The notes beneath the pieces were generated by a model that had not been told where the DNA came from, searched no databases, and was given only the letters and a program-made list of their open reading frames with translations. From Eledone cirrhosa (lineage: Eukaryota), in assembly GCA_964016885.1 (NCBI GenBank), contig OZ024741.1, positions 212,970,001-213,034,000 of the forward strand: a stretch of DNA of 64,000 nucleotides. Direction: 5' to 3'. The translations under genes and the position numbers were made by a program. Shown in pieces: positions 1 to 14,220 of this stretch (within the stretch, counting starts at the first letter, position 1; every line of letters begins with the position of its first letter).

Positions 1-479
1 TTCCACCCACTTACAATCTCCAACCTTGAACCTTTCTCGTTAACCATATTCATACAATAGCTACCTTTATCGTGGGAAAACAATTTAGCAAGTGAATTAA
101 TAGCTATTTGTAAAACGATGTTACAAAGGAAGGGGAAATCGACAAAAAGATTATGATGTACAAACATTCTTCCTCGTCGTTTTGGATTACATGGGCGCAA
201 TTTAAACACTCAAACATCATGCACTGAATAAATTTATCCGAATTATTGATTTAGCTATTCCAAAAATTTGATATTTTGTATGTTATCTCTATGGAACGAG
301 AGAAAATCCAGAACCACCGTTCGATGTAATATTATATTCTACATCGAGCATTGTTCATGTTTAGTTTCGTTCAAAAACAATGGTCTCACAATTCTCTAAT
401 TCCCAGTGTGTGACCAGTCAACTAATCTATCTCGATTGCTGAGTTCTACTCATTTCACTTCAACTAATAAAATTATATG

Positions 480-940
480 AATAAAAAGGCAGTAAATGGA
501 CCTCCGTCAGTTTCAGAGATGAATGTTACAGTTCAATGAAACAGCTTGCTCTTGCACCTGACATGCAACTGGCTGGGTATTCCACACATAACTTTAACGA
601 TTAACGTGGGTCACAGAAAAGCTTCAGAGTGATACAGTGTGTGACAAAGTTCTCTCTTTGTATTACAGGTACAGTCAATCTTGTAATACACTATAAGTAG
701 CGGAGTATTCAGCAGGAACAAGTACACTTAACTTAATATTCGGGCTGGTTCATTTTGGCACAGTGTCTGACAAGGCTAGCTCTATGAATGACAGTTAGAA
801 CTCATTGCTTTCAAGCTGAGTGGATTGGTGCAGCGTTAGTAAAGTATCTTGTCCAATGACACAACGTACTGCCGAGTATCAAATTAGAGATATTACGATT
901 GTGAGCCGTACACCCTTACCATTAAGCCACGCTCTTTCAC
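480..940 (-). mobile_element. tRNA-derived SINE, long CORE-like family, with internal duplication
   Basis: The minus strand begins with a tRNA-like head (gtggcttaatggtaagggtgtacggctcacaatc) followed by a CORE-like tract (tgtcattggacaagatacttt...ccactcagcttgaaagcaatgagt). The cagtgtNtgacaa block is repeated near 640 and 760. Confidence 0.65.
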
Positions 941-2202
941 CTATTCTGCCACTCGTATCCCCTCTTAAATATACAAGCCCATACACACTCATTCAGTCAG
1001 TCCCATTATTGTAGGACTGGATTTGTAGAATATCTATAAAGGTAAACTATATTTTAGAAAAAAACATATTGGAGCTAGAGATAAGACAGTCTCAGGAGAG
1101 ATGAACTGCAGAAGGTGTTCAGAGAGGAAATGCCAAGAGAGAGATTTGTGCTCTTAACCTCATTGTTAATGGCCAAAAATAAAGGCTTTGCGAATGGGGT
1201 GTAAATGAAAGTATATAAAATATGTTTATGTACAATAAACAGACGAAAATTTCTCTATGAATATTTAAGCTGTGATTACATCACATCTATCCCAGTAGCC
1301 AGTGACAATGTCTGACTCCTGTTTCTGAACTTTTATCCCTCGTGATATTTACTCGCTTGTTACCGAGACGAGAATAGTTTAGCGCCTTTATGGTGTTTGC
1401 AAATGAAACATTGGCTGGAGAGTCCATCTGCATTTCGTGCGATCTTAATTAACTAGGATTAATTAGCAGTAGCACTAACATAGCATGGTTTATAATTTGC
1501 GCTATTTTATGTATCCAACTGTATGTAAATCAATTTGTACGGTTGTAGAGTTATCTATATAAATGGAAAGGTTACATTATTTACTATTTTACTTGAAGCT
1601 GATGTTTACCTTCTAGTTGACTTGTTTCAGATATTAGAAAGACAACTTTAGAAGACAACGACACAGATTCTGTTAATTATGTGTCGAATTTCAATATGTG
1701 GACATTTCCGCTATAAATTCTGATTTCATCTTAAACAAAACCAAAAAATCACAAATCCTAATTTTATTACGTGAATCTCTTAATGCATGGCATTGTTAGT
1801 TAAGTAACTAAGATGTCAAATTTAAATATTCTCTTCTGGTTCACTACTTTAATGTAACGTAAATTTGCTTTCATGGTTTAACGTTGAAAGGGTGACTGTA
1901 TCAATTTAAACTTATTATTCGGGTTATAGTTTTGCTTCACGGAATAAGGTTAAAATAAAGACTTGTACATCAGAAAATGTTTCTTATCTGTTTAAACATT
2001 CTGATTTGATTTAATGGGGATAGCTAGGATTATAGAGTCTATAATAAATATATCGGTAATAATCTGATTAGTTCAAATGGTTTTATTTACGATAAAATTG
2101 AAATAAAATTAAGCTCAATTGTTGTAAACCGAAATTCCTGCAAGGAAATAGAAAAAGGGAATGGGTATGTCTGATATTTAGAATCATGTATATAAGTTTA
2201 TT

Positions 2203-2452
2203 AGCCGTTAATTGGCAGTCATTAGAACATGAGAGAGATTGCTTTGCGGTAGTCGTTCCGTCTCTTTTCTCTCTGAGTTCAAATCTCGCCGAGGTCAACT
2301 TTTCCTTTCATCCATTCGAGCCTGATAAAAGAAGTACCAGTCTAGTACTGGGGATGATTCTTCCTCTATATCTCGTCCTCACTTCCTCTCTATCACTCTC
2401 TATCCTTCTCTGGAAGAAATCTGCTCTATTCAGACATGGAGAATGGATGGGC
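2203..2452 (+). mobile_element. SINE (Deu/Nin-like core) with 3' extension shared with 24484-24742
   Basis: B box gagttcaaatc and core ccgaggtcaacttttcctttcatcc...gataaaagaagtaccag. The downstream tcttcctctatatct...ttcagacatggagaat also occurs at 24650-24740. Confidence 0.75.
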
Positions 2453-3274
2453 TTCACATATGTCTATAGGGCGTCCCTCCGACTTCCTCGGGAGATACGG
2501 GACCCTGCATGCTTGCATATTTGTTTATTAATTGTTGCCTTTCATATATTGTAATTTAAGGGATTCCAAAGAATTCCATTTATATCGATGACTTCCTACT
2601 TGAGGTGAATATACACTGAGGGAGTAAAATTAGTGATGTTGAATTGGTATTTTCTTTTTTTCAGTTGTAGTTCAAAACAGACTGAATATTAGAAGAAAAT
2701 TAAAGTAAGCTAATTTTGTTTATTAGAATACTAATGTATTGGCTTCCTACCATTTTGGATTTAACGAAAGACAAGGTAGTAACAAAATATTCTATTTAGT
2801 GTCTGTATTTTAAAATTAGTCCTTTGTAAGATGCTGTATTAAAGTAATGATTTAAATTCATTTTATTGATCAAAATAAAATGGAGGGTAAATTTACATTT
2901 GAAATATTTATACTTGGGGAGACATGTCGAAAAACGTGGCAAACTCCTGTAATATTGTATCATAACGGTTAAATACAGTATAGTTCGGTATTGTAAAACA
3001 TTAAACATAGGTCCCCTGAAAACGTGGAGCGCATAGTAAATACCACAATTGTTACTAGATTAATCCGGCATAACTCATATACAATGGAGCCTTGTCTTTA
3101 GTGTGTTAGCTGACGATGTTATGGTCTTGGGTTCGTTTCTAGAGCTAGGTGGTAGGTTGTGTTCCCAAGGAAAATTATTTATTTTCCGTTGTAGAAACAA
3201 CAATGGAAAGATAAATAGCAAGGGCAATGGAAAACTTGTTTTCAAGGTTCGATCTATTAACCAGCAGGGAGCTA

Positions 3275-3550
3275 CAGCAGTGGAAAGACCAATGGAAAAA
3301 TGTTTCCTCGGTTGGATCGGTAGATAGTATCAGCAATGGAAAGACCAATGGAAAAAATGTTTCCTCGGTTAGATAGGCAGATAGTATCAGCAATGGAAAG
3401 ACCAATGGAAATATGGTTACCTCAGTTAGATCGGCAGATAGTATCAGCAATGGAAGGACCCATGGCAATATTGTTTCCTCGGTTAGATAGGCAGATCGTA
3501 TCAGCAATGGAAAGACCAAGGGAAATACTGTTTCCTTCATTAGATCTGAG
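3275..3550. repeat. 57-bp tandem repeat, about 4.8 copies
   Basis: gatagtatcagcaatggaaagaccaatggaa recurs at 3323, 3380, 3437 and 3494. Confidence 0.9.
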
Positions 3551-4029
3551 GATCGGTTCTTTCCTATCTTTCAGGCGTATTTACCAACGTCCCCACTCGT
3601 CACAAGACAATGCCAAATATTTTTCCCGTTTAAATTCTTCTATCTGCCATCCCGATTAATGCATTCAATTCTGGCGTCCACGTGTCTGTGAGGTACGGAT
3701 CTTAAGCAATAATAACAACGATAACAACAAAAGAAATGTTTTCTCTTCACATTCATAAGCGTCCATCAGTTAAAATACCTAGAGTTATGAATTTCCTATT
3801 AATATTACTTATATCTGAATACCTAAATACCGTCAGTGTATAACCTTCGGCGATATCGATTTTGGGTTTAGCTCTGCTTACACGTTGCGATCCATTTATC
3901 ATAAGATGGTATGCAGAAAAAAAAATCATTGGAATGTTATATGTTTTTTACGGCGTTTAGACCCCGCAGATATTAAATATATACGGATAAAAAATAAAAA
4001 TGAGTTTGTACATACATACATACATACGC

Positions 4030-4085
<56 letters not shown>

Positions 4086-4210
4086 ATGTATATATATGAT
4101 TACAAAAAAGAACTCCTAGCTTAATCTCCCGGCAAAAATATTTATAAACGCAGGCAACAACGACAGAATATATATTTGTCATATTTCCAACTCTTTTGTG
4201 GAAGGAAATA

Positions 4211-4280
<70 letters not shown>

Positions 4281-4294
4281 AAAATAAATAAATA

Positions 4295-4328
<34 letters not shown>

Positions 4329-4389
4329 GGTAGACAGACAGATAGATAGCTAGATAGATAGATAGATGATATGTTTATATATATATATT

Positions 4390-4428
<39 letters not shown>

Positions 4429-5257
4429 GTGGTTATAGTTTGATGGAAGGTACATTGTTTAATGTGTTTTTAACGTCCATCACGTGTTATTTCCTTGCTT
4501 TCTTATGCACTATTGCATTCAGATTTAGAAAATAGAAACTAACGTAAAAACGTAAACACATTTGAGCATACACACATGCATATAGAAAAGCTGCATATAT
4601 ATATATATATATATATATAAATGTGTGCGCGTGTGTGTGTGTGTGTGCATATATATATATATATATTTGAGTGCATAGACACCATACAAAAAGTTCCACT
4701 GATTCAAGATGATACATACGTTGTCTATACAAATATTTAAAAATGTTTCAATAAAGGATCCGAAAAGCATAGTTTATTTTCTCTTGAGTAACTCTAGTCA
4801 CTCAAGAGGAGACATAATGACTGAGTTCTCGTCTCAAGTTTTCATCCTGCTGGTGCTTTGAGTTCAAATCTACCGCATGTCTATATCTATTTTCGCATTT
4901 TCTTATTGTGTTGATAATCAAACTCTCTAAAAATAACACTACGGTTTTGTTATTTGGCGCAATTTGTAGCCAGTCGCAGGGGAAGGTTTTTAGCCTCTGT
5001 TAAGCTCATTGTGCTCTAACGGGCCATGCCGTCGTTAAGCCCCCTTTTTTCACTTAGAAAAAACTGGAAGTGTGAAGAGTAAGGGTTTGAATCTCTGGGA
5101 AACTGTAGATCTTCCCTAAAAAAGAAAAACATGGTAAAGTTCTTTGAGAAGAATGTTCAGAATTCAGATCCATTGTTTCATGGAACACACATTCATGTAT
5201 ACATAACTGCACGAACAACTGCGGAAACACATACACTCATTTAAATATATATTTGTG

Positions 5258-5376
<119 letters not shown>

Positions 5377-5487
5377 CCGCGTATGTGTTAAGTGTTTCCG
5401 TAGAAAATATAAAGGAAAGAAGAGTGCTCTATGTATTGCATAGAGCTATTTAATTATATAATAAACAACACATATAATATAATTATT

Positions 5488-5551
5488 CCATTACCGAAGG
5501 TTTCAAGAACAAGACGATTCTACAGAAACGTCCAGCCCGTTCATCAGATAA
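5488..5551 (-). ncRNA. type I hammerhead ribozyme motif
   Basis: Minus strand: ttat-CTGATGA-(long stem II)-GAAA-ccttcgg-TA-atgg. Stem III is A-CC/GG-T; stem I is weak (G-U pairs). Confidence 0.6.
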
Positions 5552-5627
5552 AATAATTATGTTTTGTATATAAGTTTTGAAATTAATATCTATTAAAAAT
5601 GAAAGTGATGCTGAGTTAAAATAATTG

Positions 5628-5790
5628 TTTCTAAAGTTGGCACAAGGCCAGCAATTATCCCAAAACATTACTGGTATTTTATTTTATCGACTCCGTAAGG
5701 ATGAAAGGGAAAGTTAACCACGGCGGGACTTGAACTCAGTTCGTAAAGGGACGTAACACTTTGCTGAAAAGCATGGCGTCAGACTCTCTG
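5628..5790 (-). mobile_element. SINE, Deu/Nin-like core family
   Basis: Reverse complement of the family consensus seen at 43021-43208. Confidence 0.85.
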
Positions 5791-6011
5791 GCATGTGGCT
5801 TTATGTGTGTATATATATTTATATATTTTTCCGTTATAAGATATTATTTTAACTCAGCCTCACTTTCATTTTAATAGATATCAATTTCAAAACTTATATA
5901 CAAAACATCATTTTATTGTGTTGTTTATTATGTAATTAAATAAAAAGAAATATATATATATATATATACATATATATACATATATATATACATATATATA
6001 TATACATATAC

Positions 6012-6091
<80 letters not shown>

Positions 6092-6889
6092 TCGGACATA
6101 TGGCTGGTAAATAATTAGGTTATTTATGTTGTTTAATAGATTCTGAAGTAATCAATACACTAGAAATATATTTTCCCACTGTATTGATTGAAACGTTCGT
6201 ACATCAATTAAACAACTCATATATATATATATATTAGTATTCAAACATTGGTAATTATAAATGTAAATTTTTGTATTATGGGTTTGGTTGATAATTAGGC
6301 TAAACAGGCGCAGAATAAAAGTCGATAACTTCGGCGAAACCTTTAAGTAATGAGCCACTAATTATATTTGTTTTAATAAAAAATATTGAACGAAGTGATG
6401 TAATGAACAGCTTACATAAAACATGGCTTTGAAAATGATTTGTTTTTCCACTTTTTTACGTGTATTTTGATTAGTTTCCGTTTATTTTTGCTATTACTTA
6501 ATATAATATTGATTTCAATAAATTAATTAATACGGTGATTACTCTGTAAATTTTCATTACATCTTCTTGTCGATACAATTTTGAAATTTGAACCATGATT
6601 TTTCTATTTTATTTTATTTTTAACATGTTTGTTTCCTATGTAGCACTTTATGAATTATCTTTTATGAGGGAGGAACCGCAGAGGGGTCTTTGATTTAATT
6701 TTAATAACTGAATATGTAACCCCCCCACTCCTCTCATGCTCCGCTAGACATAATAGTCGCATCAGTTCTCTGCTGTGTGTTGAACAAGAATAACATGAAA
6801 AAACAATTACACCTCTTGATTTCGAACTAATAACCGGAGGTGATAGGGTGTGATTCAAATGATGGTTTCCGAGGTAGTGTGGTTCAAAA

Positions 6890-7220
6890 GTTGCTTTCTG
6901 TGGTATAGTATGGTGTGTTGTAGTGTAGTATGGTGTGTTGTGGTGTAGTATGGTGTGTTGTGGTGCAGTGTGGTATGTTGTGTGTGTTGTGGTGTAGTGT
7001 TGTGTGTTGCGGTGTAATATGGTATGTTGTGGTGTAGTGTGGTGTGTTGTGGTGCAGTGTGGTATGTTGTGGTGTAATATGGTATGTTGTGGTGTAGAGA
7101 GGTGTATTTTGGTGCAGTGTCGTATGTTCTAGTGTAGTGTGGTATGTTGTGATGTAGTGTGGTGTGTTGTGGTGCAGCATGGTGTGTTGTGGTGTAGTGT
7201 GGTATGTTGTGGTGTAGTGT
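6890..7220. repeat. degenerate 5/20-bp GT-rich minisatellite
   Basis: ggtgtagtgtggtatgttgt-like units. Confidence 0.85.
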
Positions 7221-7867
7221 ATTTCGAAAGTTGGTTTCGGAGATTGTGCGGTTAATAAGTTGGTTTTAGCAAACAGAGAGAGAGTGCGTGTGTATGTGGG
7301 TTTGAGAGAGAAAGTGTGTGTGTGAGGGAGAGAGGGGGGAGGGAGAGATTGTGTGTGTGTGTGAGAGAGAGAGTATGTGTGTGTATGAGAGAGAGAGAGA
7401 GAGGGAACATTAATGGATAAGATGACAGATATTGCGGTTGATTTTGTATTTTACGAAATGCTTCAAGAATAAATGAATGACAAAATATGGCGCCGAGAGG
7501 AGCGGACCAAGCAAAAAAGGAAAAAAATATATATATACAATAATAAATAAATAAATAAATAGCTATATAACATTGACAAAAATAATTTTTTTTATATTTT
7601 CATTTTATTTCTACAACGAAGCTAGAAAGTTCAATTTTACTCCTTTAATTAATGGTTACAAAACAATTTAAAAAATCTTTTTTAAAGTATGAATTTTTTA
7701 AGATTTTGTATTTTGATTTTATCAAAGAATGCACTAAACATTAAACATCATACATGATATGAGGTACTGGGTGTACCCAAAAATTGGAATCAGTTACTTG
7801 AAATACGAAGCGCACTGCAATTACGTTCAGCAAATTAATTAGTTTCAATCACTTGTGGTTATATATA

Positions 7868-8270
7868 GTTGTGTTCTACTATAGGCACAACGCCAGCAAT
7901 TTGAAGGTGGGAAGAGTCGATTAAATCGACCCCAGGGCTTACTTTATTTTATCTTCCCTGTAAGGATGAATGGAAAGGCTAACCCCTGCGTGATTTGAAA
8001 TCAGAACGTAAAGGGCCGTAATTCTGTGCCGCGAAGCATTTGGTCCGACGCTCTACCAGTTCTGCCAAACCTCTGCCCTATATATAAAAATTGTTTCTAC
8101 TTTTGGCACAAAGCCAGCAATTAACCAGTGCATTACTGGTACTTTATTTTATCGACCCCGTAAGGATGAAAGGCAAAGTTAACCTCGGCGGGATTTGAAC
8201 TCAGAATGGAAAGGGCCGTAACTCTATGCGTCAAAGCATGGCGTTCGACCCTCTACCGATACTGCCAATG
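7868..8270 (-). mobile_element. two tandem SINE copies (about 7868-8079 and 8089-8270)
   Basis: Both carry gtaaggatgaa...aacc...gatttgaa.tcagaa. A degraded third copy follows to about 8400. Confidence 0.85.
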
Positions 8271-8612
8271 TGCACAAGACCAGCAATTGAAGATTCGACT
8301 GGTAGAGTTTTACTGTATTTTACCCATCTTGGAAAGATGAAGATAAAAGTAACATCGGTAGAATTTGGACTCATATTGTACAGAGCAAATAACGCAAAGT
8401 ATTTCATCTGAGACAGACTTATCCAGATGAATGTAGTCCTTACCCCACAGACTTGAGAATTAACGCTCAGTATAGGATAAGTATTTAGAATAAATAGTAA
8501 AGTATAGTTTAATAATATTTAAAAATCCCAATATCTGGTGACGAAAAGGCAAGAGCGCAATCGTCGGGCACCAACTGTCTCTAACATATATATATAGTAA
8601 TAACAATAAATG

Positions 8613-8654
<42 letters not shown>

Positions 8655-8919
8655 CTGGTAACATGTAACCCAGAACAACCTGTCACATGGTCGGATCGTC
8701 GGCTAAACCGGCAACCCCACGAAGTTTACTTGGTGAGGAGGGTGATTTTGGACACCCTGCAGGACAAAAAACAAAACCTGACAAAGGGCGCAAGAGCTCA
8801 TAAGAGTCAACGGCCATCCAAATGTTATTAAATATGTATATACACATGTACATATGTATGTATATGTATATGTGTATATACATGGGTGCATATGTATGTA
8901 TATGCGCGAGGACATAGAA

Positions 8920-9220
8920 ATAGTCGGGCTGGACTCCCGATCGCGTGGTTAAAGGGCATTCTTCTAGGAGAAGGCAACTCAAGAAACTGGGATAACTCCG
9001 ATATAAAACCTGCGGCTCAGTAGTTACCGATGATGTTGATCTTTTTTCTTTTCTAGTTATAGCTCCTGTCGCTCAGAGAGTGGGATTGGCTCAGTGAACA
9101 GTCTTTTCTCACTTTAAAAAATATCTTCATGCAGAGGCACTGCACGATAGAACTAATTAATAATTATTAATAATGGTATATCGTGCAATAGCCATACTCG
9201 ATAAAGAGGGGGCAGCCATC
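8920..9220. mobile_element. probable LINE (RTE-like) 5' UTR fragment
   Basis: The ctaggagaaggcaactc...aaacctgc motif resembles RTE 5' UTRs (from memory). The end is related to 10191-10230. Confidence 0.3.
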
Positions 9221-9271
9221 ATATATATATATATATATTTAATGTATAATAAACAATACAATATAATTAAC

Positions 9272-9335
9272 TCATTACCAAAGGTTTACCGAATAAGACG
9301 AATACAAGAAACGTCCGCATTCGTTCGTCAGACAA
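9272..9335 (-). ncRNA. degenerate hammerhead motif, same family as 5488-5551
   Basis: ttgt-CTGACGA-...-TAAA-cctttgg-TA-atga; GAAA is mutated to TAAA. Confidence 0.5.
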
Positions 9336-9419
9336 GGCAATTTAAAACATAGTGAAATATTTGAAAAATCTCCTCAAGAAAGGCTAAAAGTGTAACTGGC
9401 CAAAAATAAATAAAAGTAA

Positions 9420-9547
9420 TAATTGTTTCTACTTTTGGCACAAAGCCAGCAATTACCCAGTACATTACTGGTACTTTATTTTATCGACCCCGTCAGGATG
9501 AAAGACAAAGTTAACCTCGGCGGCATTTGAAGTGAGACCGTAAAGGG
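9420..9547 (-). mobile_element. 5'-truncated SINE
   Basis: Matches the 3' half of the 43021 family. Confidence 0.85.
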
Positions 9548-10355
9548 GAATACAAGAAATGTATAAAAAATAAAAATAAAGAAATATAGTAAGGGATGTG
9601 TGTAAATGTGTGTATATGCACATACATATGTACATATGCACATGTGTGTGTATGTACAAGTGCATTATGTATAGTGAAAAAAATGTGTGCGTAAGTACAT
9701 ACATGAGGGCAAACATATTAGTGTATGTGTGACCGCAAATATATATATATGTTGAAAATCGTAATTGTAACATAATGGAGTTAGCGTACATTCAGACTCA
9801 GGGACTATATACACATACAAGGATGAAAGGACGCACGCGTCTAAACATACGCACAACCACAACCACATACATGTATGTGATATATACAGAGAAGGGAGTG
9901 TATAAAGTCAACGTAGTGTCAGACGGAAGGTCGATACAAATATAAAATATGAAGAATAAATGAAATAATATATAAGATAAGAATAAAAATAAAAATTAAG
10001 GCAAAGAGAAAGTAAGAGGGAGGGGTTGTAATATATAAAGTAACACAAGAAAAAATAAATAAAAAGTAGAAAACATGCATATACGCGAACAAGCTCATAC
10101 ACACATCCATATATATAAATATATATATATATATAGACAAAAACTCGTGCACAAAAGCATACATACACATACACGCATACATACATACATATGGTGGCTG
10201 CCAACTCGTTTTCGAGTACGGCCACTACTTTATATCCATGTAGGAGAACCCTTACCGATATGCTGAACGAGTGTGACTTTTTAGTCCAGCCAGCGACTTG
10301 AAAACTCTGGTACAAACACTACACCCGTGACAACCACTGGCACATAGTGCTGGGC

Positions 10356-10508
10356 CCAGTGCATTACTGGTACTTTATTTTATCGACCCCGTAAGGATGA
10401 AAGGCAACGTCAACCTCGGCGGGATTTGAACTCAGATCGTAAAGAGACGTAACTATGCTGGAAAGCATGGCGTCCGACGCTCTACCGATACTGCCAATCC
10501 CCCGCCCT
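10356..10508 (-). mobile_element. SINE, Deu/Nin-like core family
   Basis: Near full-length match to 43021-43208. Confidence 0.88.
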
Positions 10509-10535
10509 ATAATAATAATATTAATAATAATGTCC

Positions 10536-10655
10536 GTTTACAATTATTTCGCTACTCCATATAATATTTCTGGATCAGATGACTATATATCATAATTGAT
10601 CTGGTTCAGTTGAAAATAATTAACATATTTAAAAGACAGAGGGGCTCATCGGAAC
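10536..10655 (-). ncRNA. hammerhead variant (CCGATGA core, ~100-nt stem II insert) in PLE 3' region
   Basis: gtt-CCGATGA-gc...gc-GAAA-taattg-TA-aac, lying ~380 bp downstream of the GIY-YIG ORF. Confidence 0.5.
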
Positions 10656-11032
10656 TTCAAAGGAATATAAATTAAAATAATGAGAGAATGTTACATAATA
10701 TAATGTTCCATATATTGGTTTTTACTATGATGTCTTGGTTGCATCAGTTGTCAGCCATAATCAAGGAGTATTCATCTGTCGAGGCTGCATTGTGTGAGAT
10801 CTGCCTATGGGTAACAAGATGGCTGCCAAAGGGCATATTTACCTTACTAATTAGAGGGTTGTTTCAGGGGAAGTAACTCTTCGAGAGATTATAAATTGTG
10901 GGTGTTTATAGTTAAGTGTTAATTTTAAAAATGTTTTAATTGAGAGAAAATGTAGGGGAGGTAACTTATAATTATCCAAGTTGTTCATAGCAATTTAACT
11001 TATTAGCTACAAGTAAAAATGGGGCTACATGA

Positions 11033-11926
11033 CTAAGTTGGGTCAAATATTCTATTGGCGAAGGAATTAGCCCTTCGATGTTGACAGCTAATAGTTACCT
11101 CCGTTCTATCGTTAGTCGGTAGATGTCGTGATAGAGTTATGTAATATGCTTCCGTAATACAGAGATCACAAGATTTTCTTCGTCCATTGAACGGTTGGGC
11201 CCTAGCCACGATATCCCATTTTAGTGAGTGTTGAACGTTGTTTAATTTAAGATTTTTAATGAGCCTAGCCAGCGATGTCGAACATCTGTTGCTAGGGTCT
11301 CGGAAGGAAAAAGAGTGCGCGTTATAGCGTACCTTAAAAGGGTTAGAGGTAGACCCGATATAAGAGCTGGTATTCGAAGCAGTTTTAACCGTGCACCTAT
11401 AGACTATGTTGGGTGTCAGGCAGTATCCATTTAATGAGCATGCATTGGGGTTTCGGCAGTTGCAGTTGCTTCTGCGGTTAGTGAGAGTAGGGTAGTTTAA
11501 CCTAAGCGGTAGGTCCGTGCTAGAAGGATTAGATGGGGGAGGTGTGCTACTAGAGTAATTATTGGTGTAGTGGCGTGGTGTATTTGATAGGGGTGGTGGT
11601 ACAGCGGTGTGGGAGTTATACTGTCTTAGCTTATGATGGTTACTGAATGCGATGTGGCTAGCTAGGTTAGGTGTTGTGGAGAATGAGATTTGAATGTTAT
11701 TTTTTATTAAAGAGTTTGTAATATCTATGGTTGGGGGGGGGGGATATTTAGATAGGATAGAGAAGAAAAGTTTGGGGATATTAGTGGCTAGATTAGATGA
11801 GAATGGGCGGTTAAGCCAGGTGATATTTCTAGGTCTATTCCTTCTAGGGGTTCTAGTGCAGTTGGTAGGGGCCTTCCAAGGGATATTATTACCTGGGGAT
11901 TTGTTATTTGTCATCCTATTTCTCAT
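11033..11926 (-). pseudogene. Penelope-like (Naiad-type) linker plus GIY-YIG endonuclease, 5'-truncated
   Basis: RNITWLNRPFS, CNCRNPNACSLNGYC, IVY...YIGST..FKVRYNAH, CDLCITE and the terminal CQH. Confidence 0.85.
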
Positions 11927-12746
11927 TCATATTCTAGGCTTGATTTTTAGTTTTCTACTTGGGGTCGGGAGCAGGCCGCTGCCACCATTAAAGTTCCCTG
12001 TATAGGTACTGTTACTGCTAAAATTCCGGCGAATCTGGCTATATGCTAAGGTAGTTCTAGTTCTAGTGTTAAGTTTATTAACTACTGCATATTGCACATT
12101 GAGCACATGCCTTTACGCTTTGGATTCTAACTAATTCACCAATCTCTCCTCTCATATCTCTCCTATCTCCATCTCTCTCTTAAAGATTGGTTACTCTTGA
12201 ACTATGTATATATATATATATATAAGTATATATATATACACGTAAAAACACATATACGTAAACGCACACACACACACACACACATATGCACACATACACG
12301 CACACATACGAATGCGTTCGTATACATATACAAACACGTATACACATACATGCACACATACGCATACATACATATATAAAAAACAACCGTATGAACAAAT
12401 GGGTACAAAATATATGCAATTATACGGGGTGGGTTTCACTAGTGGATGTAAAGTAAAAATAAAAGATAAGTAAAACTGAATGAGAAGTCTATAAAAAAGG
12501 TAAGTTAAGGAAAGTGGAGAACAAGAGTTTATGGAGGATAAGTGTCTGAAAGTGAGTTAAGTTTATATGAGCTGGAAAACAAGTGAGTGTGATTTCATGT
12601 GTGGGCAACTAGTGAAAATTCGGTTTTTGCATTTAGGCAGGTTTTTGCTGATTTAAGGTTCTGTAAAATCCAATATTTTTCACTTATGCATATATATATA
12701 TATGGAATACTGTTAGCTTCTCGTTAAAACAATTTCTATACCTTTC

Positions 12747-12817
<71 letters not shown>

Positions 12818-12818
<1 letters not shown>

Positions 12819-12982
12819 GCGTATCCCGGATTCAATCGGGGGTAACCACTGTAAGGTACTCAAAACATAGCAGAGTTTAGATATTTAATATAGAAATATA
12901 TAGAAAGCCCGTGGGCTTTCCAGATGAGTTCCTTCGAATGAAACAGTTCTAGTCATGTAGAAGCCATTTCTATATTAAATAT
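12818..12982. mobile_element. short dispersed element, partial copy of the 43815-44015 hairpin family
   Basis: Shares tatcccgg.ttcaatcgggg.taaccac...gaatgaaacag.tctagtc.t.tagaagccatttcta. Both copies follow (TA)n(TG)n. Confidence 0.75.
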
Positions 12983-13148
12983 ATATATATATATATATTC
13001 CACGACTCTCTACCACTTTTCCTCTACTGCAATCTTCTTACACCACCTTCTTCCCACCCGTCTATTTTCCACTCCCACCCTAGTACCTTCAATATTTTTT
13101 CCAATTCCATCCCACCCGTCCCCTCAATCTATTTTATTTCTTATTCTT

Positions 13149-13184
13149 TCTTCTGATGAAGGACTAGCGTCCGAAACGTTAAGA
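13149..13184 (+). ncRNA. minimal type I hammerhead ribozyme
   Basis: tctt-CTGATGA-a-ggac-tagc-gtcc-GAAA-cg-TT-aaga. The palindromic stem III (AACGTT) is typical of PLE-associated minimal hammerheads. Confidence 0.8.
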
Positions 13185-13268
13185 CCCTCTTCCTGCTATA
13201 TCAAGCGTTAACCTCATATATACCTTCCATATAATGTACCGACTGTGTTGTTATTTCTGTTTGCCTGT

Positions 13269-13380
<112 letters not shown>

Positions 13381-13386
13381 TATATA

Positions 13387-13440
<54 letters not shown>

Positions 13441-13950
13441 ACACATTAATATGTGTGTGTGCATACGCCTGTGCATGAGTGTATATATATATTCTTGTGT
13501 ACATGAATATTTATGTATATTTAAGTACATATAAGTATATTTATTTTATGTATATATGAATGCAAAGAACGCCGGAGAATGTAGTCGTAGCTTAAAGAGT
13601 GGTAAATGTTAAATGAATGGTTTCTACCTGCGAGGGTTGTGAGGTTTGTTACTTAGGGACAGATATTACAAAGGGAGACGAGAGTAGAGATGGGAGCCTT
13701 GTCGAGTCCCAGGAAAGGAATAGAAGGAACTATGTATATACAAAAATGTCACAGCAATTGAGGATGTGACTAAAGGCGGTGAAAAGTGAGTTAGGAAAAA
13801 AAACGAGAGGTGATGGGACAAATACCAAGTTTCGGAAGCAAATTAGGTTAGGTTTAGGGTATAAGGGTGATAGCTGAAGAGGAAGGAAAACGGTTGTTGG
13901 AGTAGTGGTCACTGGATGAAAGGTCTGGTGTGCAGTCAATATCCCAGGCC

Positions 13951-14012
<62 letters not shown>

Positions 14013-14149
14013 GATATTTTCGAAACAGCGAGTTGGTTTGCAATGATTAGAAATGTAAGCTATCGCCGTATTTTGACTAAAGAAATTAAAGAAATTATTT
14101 AGCCTGATAGCGGGGTTAAGAACCCTCGGAGAAATGGAAAAAGATAAGT

Positions 14150-14220
14150 ATTGACGTACATGGGAGTCGAACCCACATCTTTGGTTATCCGGACCACTGT
14201 GCTACTATTTACACCAACAC
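14150..14220 (-). mobile_element. tRNA-like head (SINE or tRNA pseudogene)
   Basis: tggtgtaaatagtagca (A box) ... ggttcgactccc (B box). The acceptor stem is not intact. Confidence 0.55.

Noticed and set aside
3275-3550. CRISPR-like array or 19-aa repeat protein
   Set aside because: The units are contiguous with no unique spacers and the context is eukaryotic. The ORFs arise because 57 is divisible by 3.
10191-10230. HDV-like ribozyme in a LINE 5' fragment
   Set aside because: Only a simple hairpin is visible; the nested double pseudoknot could not be built.
11927-11929. In-frame TGA upstream of the Naiad ORF as selenocysteine (some Naiads are reported selenoproteins)
   Set aside because: It lies in a low-complexity linker, not at a conserved Cys, and is better explained by CGA>TGA decay. 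All conserved Cys codons in the three endonucleases that I could read are ordinary.
14150-14220. Functional tRNA gene
   Set aside because: A and B boxes are present but a full cloverleaf cannot be formed.
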